From assembly GCF_011386835.1 (NCBI RefSeq), contig NC_088804.1, positions 43,400,001 through 43,464,000 on the forward strand: a DNA stretch of 64,000 nucleotides. Reading direction: 5' to 3'. Each line of letters opens with the position of its first letter. The stretch's first letter is position 1. Under the pieces are notes generated by a model. The model was not told where the DNA came from. It saw nothing but the letters and a program-made list of their open reading frames with translations, and did no database searches. Both the position numbers and the translations under genes were made by a program. This DNA comes from Chrysemys picta bellii (taxonomy: Eukaryota). Positions 52,688-63,490 of this stretch are shown here, piece by piece.

Positions 52688-53790
52688 TAAGGTTGCATGA
52701 TACTTTGCATTATAAGGCCCTGTTTTCAGTTGCTTATACCTTTGCCAAACTTTAATTGTTTGGTTTGAAATTTCCCATGCCAGGTGTCTGCCTCAGATTA
52801 TTTGTCTGAAGTATCAGCTAAAATGGTTCAGCTGTTTCAGAGAATGTATTTAATGAAAAACACATTGTTTTGCCCATGTTAAAAAATCTGTACACCTATT
52901 TAATTGAGAAGCTCTAACACCACTGGGTTTCGGAGCCAGGACTTGAAAGTGTGTGTGTGTGAGAGAGAGAGAGATTGCCAGGATGTGCCTTTTGCTATCC
53001 CCATGAAAATTCACCCAATTTTGGGCATGTTATAAACCTCAGAAAAATCTCAGTTAGCACATGCTCAGTAGACACTTCTTAAAGTTTGGCAGATAACGTC
53101 TCCAAAGATTTCACCTGCACTGGGCATGCTGCAGCAGCTGAGTCGGGCTTTCCCTGTACTTGCGTCTCCTGACAGCTGGGAATGCTGAGGTTCCAGGCCC
53201 TGGAACTGAGAGCAGGAGTCTGCCTGTCCTGTGTTTTCAGCAGGGCCGGCTCTAACTTTTTTGCTGCAAAAAAAACTGCCGCCCGCCGAGCGCCGCGCCG
53301 CGCCACCCCCCCCCAGCGCCGCCCCCCCCAGCTGAGCGCCGCCGGAACACCCCCCCCCCAGCGCCGTGCCCCGTGCCGCCCCCCCCGCCAAGCGCTGCGC
53401 TGCCGGAGCCCACCCCCCCGCCGAGCGCTGCGTCGCCGGAGCCCGCCCCCCCCGCCGAGTGCTGCGCTGCCGGAGCGCCCCCCTGCGGAATGCTGCACCG
53501 CGCTCCCCCCGCCGCCCCGACCAGGTGCCGCCCCAAGCATGTGCCGGCCCTGGTTCTCAAGTTTCCCTCAGTGTTGCCCAGGCAGCATGGAAAAGAGGAA
53601 GAAGCAGCCCCATTGGAATGCAAAGGGGAGAGATATTGGGGGAGAATGGAGCGGGGAAAAGAGGTTGGAGGAGCCAGAGGGTGGAGAGGAGCAGACAGGG
53701 CAAGAGCAGGAATTAGGGGGTGCAGGGTTTGGATAACAACCTTAATTCTGGCATTGCCTAACCTTTGAGTGCCTGACTTTGCAACTGTAA
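52688..53790. mobile_element. Putative older non-autonomous DNA element hosting the GC-rich MITE
   Basis: Ends taaggttgca / tgcaactgta (imperfect inverted repeat). Confidence 0.35.
53241..53552. mobile_element. GC-rich hAT-type MITE with internal tandem repeats
   Basis: Perfect 10-bp TIR CAGGGCCGGC / GCCGGCCCTG; degenerate 8-bp TSD gttttcag / gttctcaa; internal ~28-bp units gagcgctgcgctgccggagcccgcccccc. Confidence 0.8.
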
Positions 53791-54714
53791 TGTCTTAATG
53801 TAGTTTTTGGATGTAATGAATACATATATGTTAAGCACTGATCTTGGTATAGATACTGGAAGCACCTTATTGTTAATGTTTTGTCTTGTTGCGAATTGGC
53901 TATGTGCTCCTACTCTTTCTGTCTCTTAGTTTCTAATCCATTCCAGAACTTTATTTGATTGTTAGTACCACCCAGAATGCAATAGGCATGTTCCAAGCAC
54001 AGAAGAAGAGACAGTCCCTGTCTTAAGAGTGAACTGCTGAAAAAGGCAAAGACAGAGAAGGGGGAACAGTCTATAAGTAAAAAGGGATCAGGGTGATGAC
54101 GGCTCACTTCCTACCCCTTTCCTCCACATAAATGAGTAGAAAGGAGAAATAAATGGTTTCTTGAAGCGTCATTGAAGAAGTGGATCTTGAGAGATTAAAA
54201 TGAGGAGGGGGTGTTACTTTGTAGACTAGTTCAGGAAGGAATTTCCATTCATTGGGAGGGGGTGATTTGGAACTTTCTTTCCTCTTGCCTACATAGTTTG
54301 GGGTTTGTAACACCAATAAACAGTATCATAGATTCATAGATTCATAGATTCATAGACTTTAAGGTCAGAAGGGACCATTATGGTCATCTGGTCTGACCCC
54401 CTGCACGCTGCAGGCCATAAAACCGTCCCCGCCCCTTCCCTGGACTCTGCTGCTGAAGTCCCCAATCCTGTTATTAGTGACCTCAATCGGCAGAGACCCT
54501 CCTGCTAGAGATCCCTGCCCCATGCTGCGGAGGAAGGCGAAAAACCTCCAGAGGCTCAGCCAATCTGCTCTGGAGGAAAATTCCTTCCCGACCCCAAATA
54601 TGGCGATCAGTAAGACCCCGAGCATATAGGCAAGAGTCTCCATCCTGACCCCTTTTAGCCATTATGCTATTTACCTACCATTGCTTGGTTTTCCTTGACA
54701 ACTATGTTTTACCA

Positions 54715-57669
54715 TTAAACCATTCCCTCCATAAACTTATCTAACTTAATCTTAAAGCCAGACAAGTCCCTCGCCCCCACCGTTTCCCTCGGAAGGCCGT
54801 TCCAATATTTCACCCCTCTAACGGTCAGAAACCTTCGTCTAATTTCAAGCCTGAACTTCCCCACGGCCAGTTTATATCCATTCGTTCTCGTATCCACGGT
54901 AGTACTAAGCTGGAATAATTCATCTCCCTCCCTTGTATTAATCCCTCTAATATATTTAAAGATAGCAATCATATCCCCCCTCAGCCTTCGCTTTGTCAGA
55001 CTAAACAACCCAAGCTCCTCTAGTCTCCTTTCATACGACAGGTTTTCCATTCCTCTGATCATCCTAGTGGCCCTTCTCTGCACCCGTTCCAGTTTGAGTT
55101 CATCTTTTTTAAACATTGGAGACCAGAACTGCACACAGTACTCCAAATGAGGTCTCACCAGCGCCTTGTACAACGGAAGCAGGACCTCCTTATCCCTACT
55201 AGATATACCTCGCCTAATGCATCCCAAGACAGCATTGGCTTTTTTCACCGCCACGTCACACTGTCGACTCATAGTCATCCTGCGGTCCACAAGGACCCCT
55301 AGGTCCTTCTCCTCTTCCGTTACTTCTAACCAATGCGTCCCCATCTTGTAACTAAAATTGTTATTGGTCATCCCCAAATGCATCACCTTACACTTTTCAC
55401 TATTAAATTTCATCCTATTTCTGACACTCCAATTCACAAGTTCATTCAAGTCTCCCTGCAGGATATCCCTATCCTCTTCCGAATTTACAACGCCTCCCAC
55501 CTTCGTATCATCCGCAAACTTTACCAGCCTACTCCTGCAATCGGTTCCGAGGTCAGTTATAAATAGATTAAATAAAATGGGTCCCAAAACCGAACCTTGG
55601 GGAACTCCACTGGTAACCTCCCTCCAACCTGACAGTTCACCCTTCAATACGACCCGCTGCATTCTCCCCATTAACCAATTCCTTATCCATCTCTGGATTT
55701 TCAAATCGATCCCCATGTTTTTCAGTTTAAGCAATAATTCCTCATGGGGTACAGTATCAAACGCTTTACTGAAATCCAGGTATATTAGGTCCACCGCATT
55801 TCCCTTATCTAATAAATCCGTTACTTTCTCAAAGAAGGAGATCAGATTCGTTTGGCACGATCTGCCCTTCGTAAAACCATGTTGTAAATTATCGCAATTG
55901 CCACTACCCTTCAGGTCCTCAACTAGTTTCTCCTTCAAAATTTTCTCTAACAGCTTGCACACTACAGATGTTAAACTAACAGGCCTGTAGTTACCCGGAT
56001 CACTTTTTTTCCCTTTTTTGAAAATAGGAACCACATTAGCTATTCTCCAGTCTAACGGGACCACCCCCGAGTTTACAGATTCATTAAATATTATCGCTAA
56101 CGGGCCTGCTATTTCCCGCGCCAATTCCTTCAATATTCTCGGATGAAGATCGTCCGGTCCTCCCGACTTAGCCCCATTAAGGCGTTCAAGTTTTGTTTCT
56201 ACCTCGGATACGGTAATCCCCCATCCCGAACGCCCCTCTGTAATGGTGCTAGTATCCCTAATCCCTTCATTGGCCTCATTAAACACCGACGCAAAATATT
56301 CATTGAGATATTGCGCCATGCCTAGATTGTCTTTAATCTCCTCTCCGGCAATAGTCCTCAGCGGTCCCACTTCTTCTTTCTTTGCTTTCTTCCTGTTTAT
56401 GTGGCTGTAAAACCTCTTACTATTGCTTTTAATTCCCCTCGCTAGGTCCAACTCTACACGGCCTTTGGCCTTTCTCACTCTATCTCTACATTCTCTGACT
56501 TCACTTTGGTACATTTCCTTACTGATCCCTCCCCTCTTCCACTCTTTGTACGCTTTCTGTTTTTTCCTAATCGCCCCTTTGAGTCGGTCGCTCATCCAGC
56601 TCGGTCTAAATCTCTTGCTTGGTAATCTTTTTCCCTTTTTGGGGATACAGGCCTCCGACAGCTCATGCATCTTTAACTTAAAGTAATCCCAGGCTTCTTC
56701 TGCCTTTAAATCTATTAATACGTTTGCCCAATCCACTTCCCTTACCAGTCCCCTTAATTTGTTAAAATTGGCCTTTTTAAAATTATAAACCCTAGTCTTT
56801 GACTTAATTCTGTTACTCCTTGCCTGTATTTTAAACCGAATTAGCTCATGATCACTGGAGCCCAAATTGTCCCCTACTACCACTTCCTCAACGAGGTCCT
56901 CACTACTTACCAGAATCAAATCTAAAATGGCCTCCCCCCTCGTCGGTTCAGCTACCACTTGATGGAGGAATTGATCAGCAAGCACATCTAGGAACATCTG
57001 AGCCCTATTATTGCTACTAGCGTTTGTTCCCCAATCTATATCCGGGAAGTTAAAGTCCCCCATAATTACACAGTTTCTATTAGTAATTACTTCTCTAAGC
57101 ACATTAAATAGTTCCTTATCCATATCCTGGGTCGATCCCGGCGGTCTATAGCACACTCCAAGCACTATCCCCGGAGAGGCTCTAGAAGTCCTATTACCCA
57201 TTGTGAGTATTGCCCAGACGGACTCTGTGTTGTCTAATCCATCCACTATTATTTCTTTACAGTTTATTTCACTATTGACATACAATGCCACCCCCCCACC
57301 TTTACCTCTGTTCCGGTCTTTCCTAAACAGCGCATACCCCTCCATACCTGTGTTCCAGTCGTGACTGTCATTCCACCACGTTTCCGTTATTCCTATGATA
57401 TCTGGTTTCAGCTCTTGGACCAGGAGCTCCAATTCCTCCATTTTATTACCTAGGCTTCTGGCATTGGTGTATAGACACCCTAATGTATGTCGTTTAGCCC
57501 GTCTCCCATTAGTAGCACTATATGTTGCGGGCCTCCTAGTGTCCGTCCCTCCTGTCCTTCCTATGTCTAATCTCATCTCCCCAGCTATGTCTCCTCTCAT
57601 TTTACTCACCTTCTCCATACTGGAATCTGGCGTGGAGATTAACTGTGCATCTCCCAACCGTCTCCCCAA
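54715..57669 (-). CDS. CR1 ORF2p: apurinic-type endonuclease plus reverse transcriptase, uninterrupted (984 codons)
   Basis: EN motifs YTNARS, GITETW, MGDFN, SSDH; RT motifs QHGF, YLDFSKAFD, SGVPQGSVLGP, KFADD; CR1 C-terminus [16 protein letters not shown]. Confidence 0.95.
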   Translation of the reverse strand: MGRRLGDAQLISTPDSSMEKVSKMRGDIAGEMRLDIGRTGGTDTRRPATYSATNGRRAKRHTLGCLYTNARSLGNKMEELELLVQELKPDIIGITETWWNDSHDWNTGMEGYALFRKDRNRGKGGGVALYVNSEINCKEIIVDGLDNTESVWAILTMGNRTSRASPGIVLGVCYRPPGSTQDMDKELFNVLREVITNRNCVIMGDFNFPDIDWGTNASSNNRAQMFLDVLADQFLHQVVAEPTRGEAILDLILVSSEDLVEEVVVGDNLGSSDHELIRFKIQARSNRIKSKTRVYNFKKANFNKLRGLVREVDWANVLIDLKAEEAWDYFKLKMHELSEACIPKKGKRLPSKRFRPSWMSDRLKGAIRKKQKAYKEWKRGGISKEMYQSEVRECRDRVRKAKGRVELDLARGIKSNSKRFYSHINRKKAKKEEVGPLRTIAGEEIKDNLGMAQYLNEYFASVFNEANEGIRDTSTITEGRSGWGITVSEVETKLERLNGAKSGGPDDLHPRILKELAREIAGPLAIIFNESVNSGVVPLDWRIANVVPIFKKGKKSDPGNYRPVSLTSVVCKLLEKILKEKLVEDLKGSGNCDNLQHGFTKGRSCQTNLISFFEKVTDLLDKGNAVDLIYLDFSKAFDTVPHEELLLKLKNMGIDLKIQRWIRNWLMGRMQRVVLKGELSGWREVTSGVPQGSVLGPILFNLFITDLGTDCRSRLVKFADDTKVGGVVNSEEDRDILQGDLNELVNWSVRNRMKFNSEKCKVMHLGMTNNNFSYKMGTHWLEVTEEEKDLGVLVDRRMTMSRQCDVAVKKANAVLGCIRRGISSRDKEVLLPLYKALVRPHLEYCVQFWSPMFKKDELKLERVQRRATRMIRGMENLSYERRLEELGLFSLTKRRLRGDMIAIFKYIRGINTREGDELFQLSTTVDTRTNGYKLAVGKFRLEIRRRFLTVRGVKYWNGLPRETVGARDLSGFKIKLDKFMEGMV

Positions 57670-57674
57670 ACTTG

Positions 57675-58742
57675 CTAGTTTAAAGCTCTTTTGATAAGAT
57701 GAGCCAGCCTCCCTCCCAGAAGTCTATTTCCTTCCCTACTCAGGTGAAGCCCATCCCGCGAGAACAGGTGTCTGTCCCCGAAAGCCTCCCAGTGTCCATA
57801 CATCCCAAAGCCCTCCTTATAGCACCACTCCCTTAGCCAACTATTTATTCTCACAATCCTATCAGCCCTTTGCTGCCCTTCCCTCGGAACGGGCAGAATC
57901 CCACTAAAGATAATCTGAGCCTCTATCTCCTTGAGCGTCTTACCCAGCCTGGCATAATCTCCCTTGATCCTCTCTAACGAGAACCTAGCCGTATCATTCG
58001 TTCCCACATGAAGGATTATCAGGGGGTTCTTACCTGCTCCTTGTAGGATCCTTTTCAACCGCAGGTCCACATCGCGTATCCTTGCGCCCGGTAGACAGCA
58101 CACCCTTCTGTTCTCCAGGTCTGCCCTGGTCACAGGCCTATCCAATCTCCTCAGTAAAGAGTCTCCAATTACATACACCTGCCGTTGCCTGGCAACAGTG
58201 CGATCTAGTAATCTCGTCTCCGATCCCTCTAGTCCTGACCTGTGCCTATTCCTATCTTCCCTTATGCCTTCCTGAATCCTCACGGGGCCCAGAGTTGGTG
58301 CTGTCTCCATCAACTCCTCCCCCCTCTCTCTTGGACTAGCAGCTCTCCTCTTCTTCCTCACCCTTCCACCTTCAGTCGCCACCTGCTGCCCCTCCACCTC
58401 GCTATCCAAACACTCGAACCTATTCCTGAGTTCTATCCCCCCCTCACTGGCCCTTCTTTTCCTTGGCCTGCTTCTCACAGTCACATGCTTCCACCTCCCA
58501 TGTTCTCTCCCTTCCATTCCCCTCTCACCGTCCTCTACCTCTGCCTGTACCTCCACCATAGGGCATACTTCTTCAGTGCCCCCTTGCCTGTCCTCCATCA
58601 GCTGCTCAAGCCCCCGCCTAAACTCCACCAGGGTATCTACCTGCATCTCCAGCCCCTTAATCTTTTCCTCCAGTAACACTATCAGGCGACACTTCATACA
58701 CACATACCTGTGTTCCAGCTCCCCTGCTAGGACCATATACAT
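57675..58742 (-). CDS. CR1 ORF1p: zinc-finger remnant, coiled coil and SGNH esterase domain
   Basis: CMKC then heptad LEEKIKGLEMQVDTL; SGNH blocks VIGDSLL, HVGTND, DGLHL; in-frame TGA five codons upstream of the ATG. Confidence 0.9.
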   Translation of the reverse strand: MYMVLAGELEHRYVCMKCRLIVLLEEKIKGLEMQVDTLVEFRRGLEQLMEDRQGGTEEVCPMVEVQAEVEDGERGMEGREHGRWKHVTVRSRPRKRRASEGGIELRNRFECLDSEVEGQQVATEGGRVRKKRRAASPRERGEELMETAPTLGPVRIQEGIREDRNRHRSGLEGSETRLLDRTVARQRQVYVIGDSLLRRLDRPVTRADLENRRVCCLPGARIRDVDLRLKRILQGAGKNPLIILHVGTNDTARFSLERIKGDYARLGKTLKEIEAQIIFSGILPVPREGQQRADRIVRINSWLREWCYKEGFGMYGHWEAFGDRHLFSRDGLHLSREGNRLLGGRLAHLIKRALN

Positions 58743-58886
58743 ACCACAGCTTCCTCATGCGGCCATCTGCATTCTGTCTGCTGCTGCTGCTGCTTGGCTC
58801 CTGGCTGCTGCACTCTCTGCCCACTGCACCTGTGGACTCAGAGCACACACCGCGCCCTCCTGCCTCCCCCCTTACCTCCCCCTGCA

Positions 58887-59198
58887 AACTCCCTCTCAAA
58901 CTCCCCTGTTAGCCGCCCTCTTTGCTGCCTCCGGTGCCGCTGCTCGCAGCTGTGCCGCTGCCTGGCTGGGAGGCCGCTTTTATGGGCCCCCTAATCAGCC
59001 AAGCCCCGCCCCCTACTCAGGGCTCGGCGTCCTTCCCAGCCCCCAGCCCCTGCAGGCCCCTACAAACACACAGGAACACACAAGAACAACAAGGACAGAC
59101 GCAAATACAGGTACCTTCTCCTCCAATGAGAACTCCCTCTCAAACTCCCCTGTTAGCCGCCCTGTTTGCTGCCTCCGGTGCCGCTGCTCGCAGCTGTG
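58887..59198. repeat. 68-bp direct repeat (two copies, 244-bp period) in the CR1 5' UTR
   Basis: 58887-58954 versus 59131-59198, 67/68 identical. Confidence 0.92.
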
Positions 59199-59689
59199 TG
59201 TATCAAAACCTTCTGGAGTACCCAGAACACACAGCCATTGCACTACCCTTTTAAAGAGGGCACAGTGTTTTTTGTGTGGCCAGTGCACTCTGCTAGCTGG
59301 TTTGGAAGCTGGCAGTGTGACCATGACCTCACCGTACTCCTCTTCCTCTCTCCCCTTTGGGCTGACTTGTGGTGCTAACAAGGAGCAGCATTTATGCTCA
59401 GCAGGGTTCCAGGACTAAAATGAGCACCAGCCTATTTGCAACGGGTGTTAGAGGGGGAAGCTCTTTGGATACTTCCCATTTCCACTTCTGCACCTGTGCA
59501 GTGGCTGGGCACAATTTGGCCTGCGATGTTTATCTGGGATTGCGCCTGAGAACAATAACATTGAGTCAGATATTTCTATTTGTGAAGCCCCATCTACGCT
59601 TTTATGCTGTGACCAACCCAGCGGAGTCAGAGCACTCGGTTTAAAACCAATCCAGGCTAATATGATCCAATAATAATAATAATGAGCAA

Positions 59690-60010
59690 AGCAGTGCTTA
59701 GTGGTTATAGTACTTAACATTTATTAATCCTTGCAAATCCATTTGAAGTAATCAATGTAAATTTTATCATAGTTGATGTGCTTGTAAAGCGCCATTATCA
59801 TATTATCTAGCACCTCAGAAACATTCATGGAATTATCTTTACAACATGACTGTGAGATGTGAGTTAGGGAACTGTTATTGTCCCCATTTTACAGATGGGG
59901 ACCCGAGGCACATCTCTGGCTCAAGATAATGCAGGCAGTCTGTGGCCAAGCCTCAAGTTGAATCCGGGTTTTCTGAATCCTAGTCCAGTCCCTTCAACAC
60001 AAGACACTCC
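59690..60010 (-). mobile_element. MIR-like SINE fragment
   Basis: gttattgtccccattttacagatggggacccgaggcac...ttgaatccgggttttctgaatcctagtcc. Confidence 0.6.
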
Positions 60011-61599
60011 TTGGTTTCCACGTAGCAGGAGAAGCTCTGCGAGGGCAGTTGACTTTCTGAAGGCAGAACAGCAAATCAGTAATTGAACTGGGATTTCTAG
60101 AGGGATCAGGATCAGTTTACTGTTGCCTCTTCTTTGGTCCCTGTGGATTGGAATGTAATTTGTAAATGCTATTTTACAATACTTATTCTTGGTTAAATTA
60201 TAGCAACCTGAACCAGTTTCAAACCATATTTAAAGCTATTTCTACTAATATGGGGGTAAATGAGGCCTTTTATTACACAGTGTTTTTCTAGATTTTTTTA
60301 GAATAAGCTCTCACTCATACAAGGTGAAGAAATGCCACGGCGCTAATTAGTTTTGATTATATGATTCCATTGCATTTGTGTCAGAAGAGATGTCTAAACT
60401 GTCGCAGGGAACCGAGGCCTTGGTTGTAGTGCATGTTTCATGGGACTCCCTATCGAGACCTCTAGAAGCTCCAGGCAACATGAGATGCATCTAGCTCTTG
60501 TCACCTGCACTAATAGAAACCTTCACATTACCACAGTTCTTTTCTACTTTCCCTGACTTCTTGTCAGGGAAATGAGGGAGGACAAAATTCGGTAACAACA
60601 TGCAGAGAATAGCATGAGGACTTTTCATATGTCACAGATTTGCATGCCTCTCGTATTCTGGGTCCCATCATCAGAGACCTTGGAGCTAGACCAGATTCTC
60701 AGGGAGGAACTATTAGAAATTGCTACACAAGGGTGCAGGTCCCCAGAAAGGTTCTGTTCAGTTTTGGAAAAGAATGCTAATTCAAAAGTGAGTTAGTACT
60801 TCCTGAAAGCAAACTGATTTTCCCCACACAGGGAACGACTGCATAGCTACAGTGTGCAAAGAAATGAAGGCAGGCATCAGCAGGTCGTGTCCTGCTCCTT
60901 TCCCTTTGGAATTGGAGCGGAATGTGTTTGCTTTGTTTCTTTTTAAACACCTTTTCTTAAATGTGCAACTGAAAAATGTTCTTCTTGTTCCATGCTGCAG
61001 CAGTGGCAGCCGCTGCCACTACAGGAACATAATTGCTCACTCATTTAAAACAAAAACAACCAACCAACCCCCCCCAACCAGTGTTAACTAAAAATATACT
61101 GAATGTTTTCCAGTGTCAATTCATTACCGTTATATTCTCCTGCTACTACCATAGACTATGAATCATTGAAATGGGTCTGGAGATGTGGTAGAAGTTCTTT
61201 GTCATCCTAGAAGTAGTTGCTTTAGAATTTTTTAACTAACCTGCTCTCGTGTATATTTTGGAAGGAGGCATTGAACAGTAACAGTCTCATGGCCAAATCC
61301 TTCCTTCAGTTGGAAGCAAAACCAAACACACAATTATATAGTAGAGCTAACTGGCTGCCATCTGAATCCATGAGCATCTGTGGCAGTGGTTTAGCTTCTG
61401 AGCTTCCAGACTCTGGCAAAAGACAGCTATTTTCACAATGTTTCAAGGGAGCGCCACTTAATTTGTATTTTGCCCAGATTTCTGTGTGCATCATCGTTTT
61501 AACTAGCGTGTACCACTGCTATTAAAGGTTGTATCTAGCAAATTTGTCCATGTTTTCTGTGCCACTGTGATGCTGGTGAAGACTCTTGCATGTCTCCTG

Positions 61600-61930
61600 G
61601 ACCAGCCCCCCCTTTTCCCTTCCCCCAAGAATGCCTATGTTAGAAATATTATTGGAGAGAAGCAGACCTTGATGTCTGGAATCAACAAGTGCAAACTTCG
61701 GTACTTTGATCACATCAGGCGTAGAGATAGACATAACCTTCAGAAAGTTATCATGGAAGGAATGGTGGCATGTCTTTGTATGGGGAAGACCAGCGAAGAG
61801 ATGGATATGTGGTATATAGGAGATCAATGGGAGGTCAGCAGCTGAGTGCTCAAAGCTAGCAATGGATCAAGAAGGTTCCGAAAATTCTTCTATGGTGTCA
61901 CTAATATTCAAATATGAATAAATGGATATG
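61600..61930 (+). mobile_element. RTE-clade LINE 3' fragment (degraded)
   Basis: Translation VRNIIGEKQTLMSGINKCKLRYFDHIRRRDRHNLQKVIMEGMV resembles the RTE ORF C-terminal pattern LxYFGHIxRR...LEKxIMEG. Confidence 0.55.
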
Positions 61931-61987
61931 CATTTACTTATTTCCATCATATGGGAATCATTCACCCAGTGTGTTTTATTGGATATT

Positions 61988-62209
61988 AAGTATCAGAGGG
62001 GTAGCCGTGTTAGTCTGGATCTGTAAAAAGCAACAGAGAGTCCTGTGGCACCTTTAAGACTAACAGAAGTATTGGAGCATAAGCTTTCGTGGGTGAATGC
62101 CCACTTCGTCGGATGCATGCACGGATGAAGTGGGCATTCACCCACGAAAGGTTATGCTCCAATACATCTGTTAGTCTTAAAGGTGCCACAGGACTCTCTG
62201 TTGCTTTTT
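61988..62209. mobile_element. Penelope-derived palindromic insertion with two inverted hammerhead-ribozyme-like motifs
   Basis: 185-bp near-perfect palindrome 62025-62209; 14-bp TSD ttttattggatatt (61974-61987 / 62206-62219); head sequence ggggtagccgtgttagtctg. Confidence 0.8.
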
Positions 62210-63049
62210 ATTGGATATTGCATTTGCTACAATTTATTATTCTTGTATATATAGAGTATGTGAAGATACATTGAAGATTTCTGTATAACTGGTAGAAAGT
62301 GCTGATAAAAATAGTGTAGGGCTTCCAGAAAGGACCTCAGACAGGGATTTAATTTTCTGTCTGTTGTGTTTTATGTGCAAAAATTCAAACAGACATGAGC
62401 GACCTGCAAAATATTCAATGCGTTAGTGTGGATGCTTATCTAAACCTCTTTGACCCTATAATTGGGCTGGAAATCTTTTGAGATCTTACTTTCTTGTAAA
62501 ATTTCAAGCGGTTTTTGGTTTTGGCCAGAAATATCACAAATTCAGCATTTCTCAAAGAATTTCAGTACAGTTGCCTAATCCAGGCTAAAAGCAGTGAGTG
62601 AAAGAGATTTAGCTAAATATTTAAAAGCAAAATTAAACAATCACCCCAAAACCTGTAACATTTATTTCTAACCTAAAATGAGCATACACTCTATCCATGC
62701 ACACGTTAATTCTTCACATGCAGAATAGGCACCTTTTCCCCCTTTAAGTATTGTATCCTGAAAAGAATACCTCTGATAGGAAACTGACAAGAAAATGAGG
62801 GAGGCCAATGCTCTTGCCCTCTTTTGCCTTCCTTTAGATTGAGATTTGCCAACACCAACCCCTTCCTTTCTTAAACACACAGTTTGTCTGCAGCTCACTG
62901 GCTCTTCAGAACTCCTACTATGTTTTAGGGTGGATCTGCAATCGCAGGTGACACATCCCACCTTAAGTCTAGCTCATGTTTAGCTCTAGTGACATTAATA
63001 ATTCAGAGTGAATAGCAGCTGCTATTTTAATTCTCTCATAGGTTCACAC

Positions 63050-63490
63050 TAGGGTGACCAGACGTCCCGATATTTAACTCTTTCTCATACGTCCCGACCG
63101 ATGTATGACAGGGATGCCATTTGCCCTGATATTGTAGGGTTGCTTGCCAGGCATCTGGTTGGTGCAGGGCTGGCAGGCTCTCTACCTGGCTCTGTACATC
63201 TCCCCGGAAGTGGCAACATCTCCCTCTGGGTCCTAGGTGCAGGGATGCCCAGGGGGGTTCTGCATGCTGCCCTCGCCATGAGCGCCTGCTTCACAGCTCC
63301 CATTGGCTGGGAACCCCGGCCACTTCCGGGCCACTTCCAGGGAGCCACTTCTGGGGAGCTGCCTGAGGTAAACCCCACCCATAGCCGCACCCCCTCCCGC
63401 ACCGCACAGCCGCCTGGGCTGCACCTCTGCCTAGCACCCAGAGGGAGATGTTGCCACTTCTGGGGAGCCGCCTGAGGTAAACCCCACCTC
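63050..63490 (+). mobile_element. Partial hAT-type non-autonomous element
   Basis: Starts tagggtgaccagacgtcccg; GC-rich body; matching right TIR not found. Confidence 0.5.

Larger units (their letters stand above)
54323..59205 (-). mobile_element. Apparently full-length CR1 LINE (~4.9 kb)
   Basis: 5' UTR, ORF1, ORF2, 3' UTR and (AATCTATG)n tail at 54327-54357; candidate 6-bp TSD gtatca (54323-54328 / 59200-59205). Confidence 0.95.

Noticed and set aside
53065-53768. Cluster of Gly/Ala/Pro/Arg-rich ORFs and a CpG-island-like patch
   Set aside because: These come from the GC-rich tandem interior of a hAT MITE; not a gene or host promoter.
55358-59418. Plus-strand ORFs of 210, 144 and 280 aa opposite the CR1
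   Set aside because: Antisense shadows of the CR1 ORFs and its GC-rich UTR.
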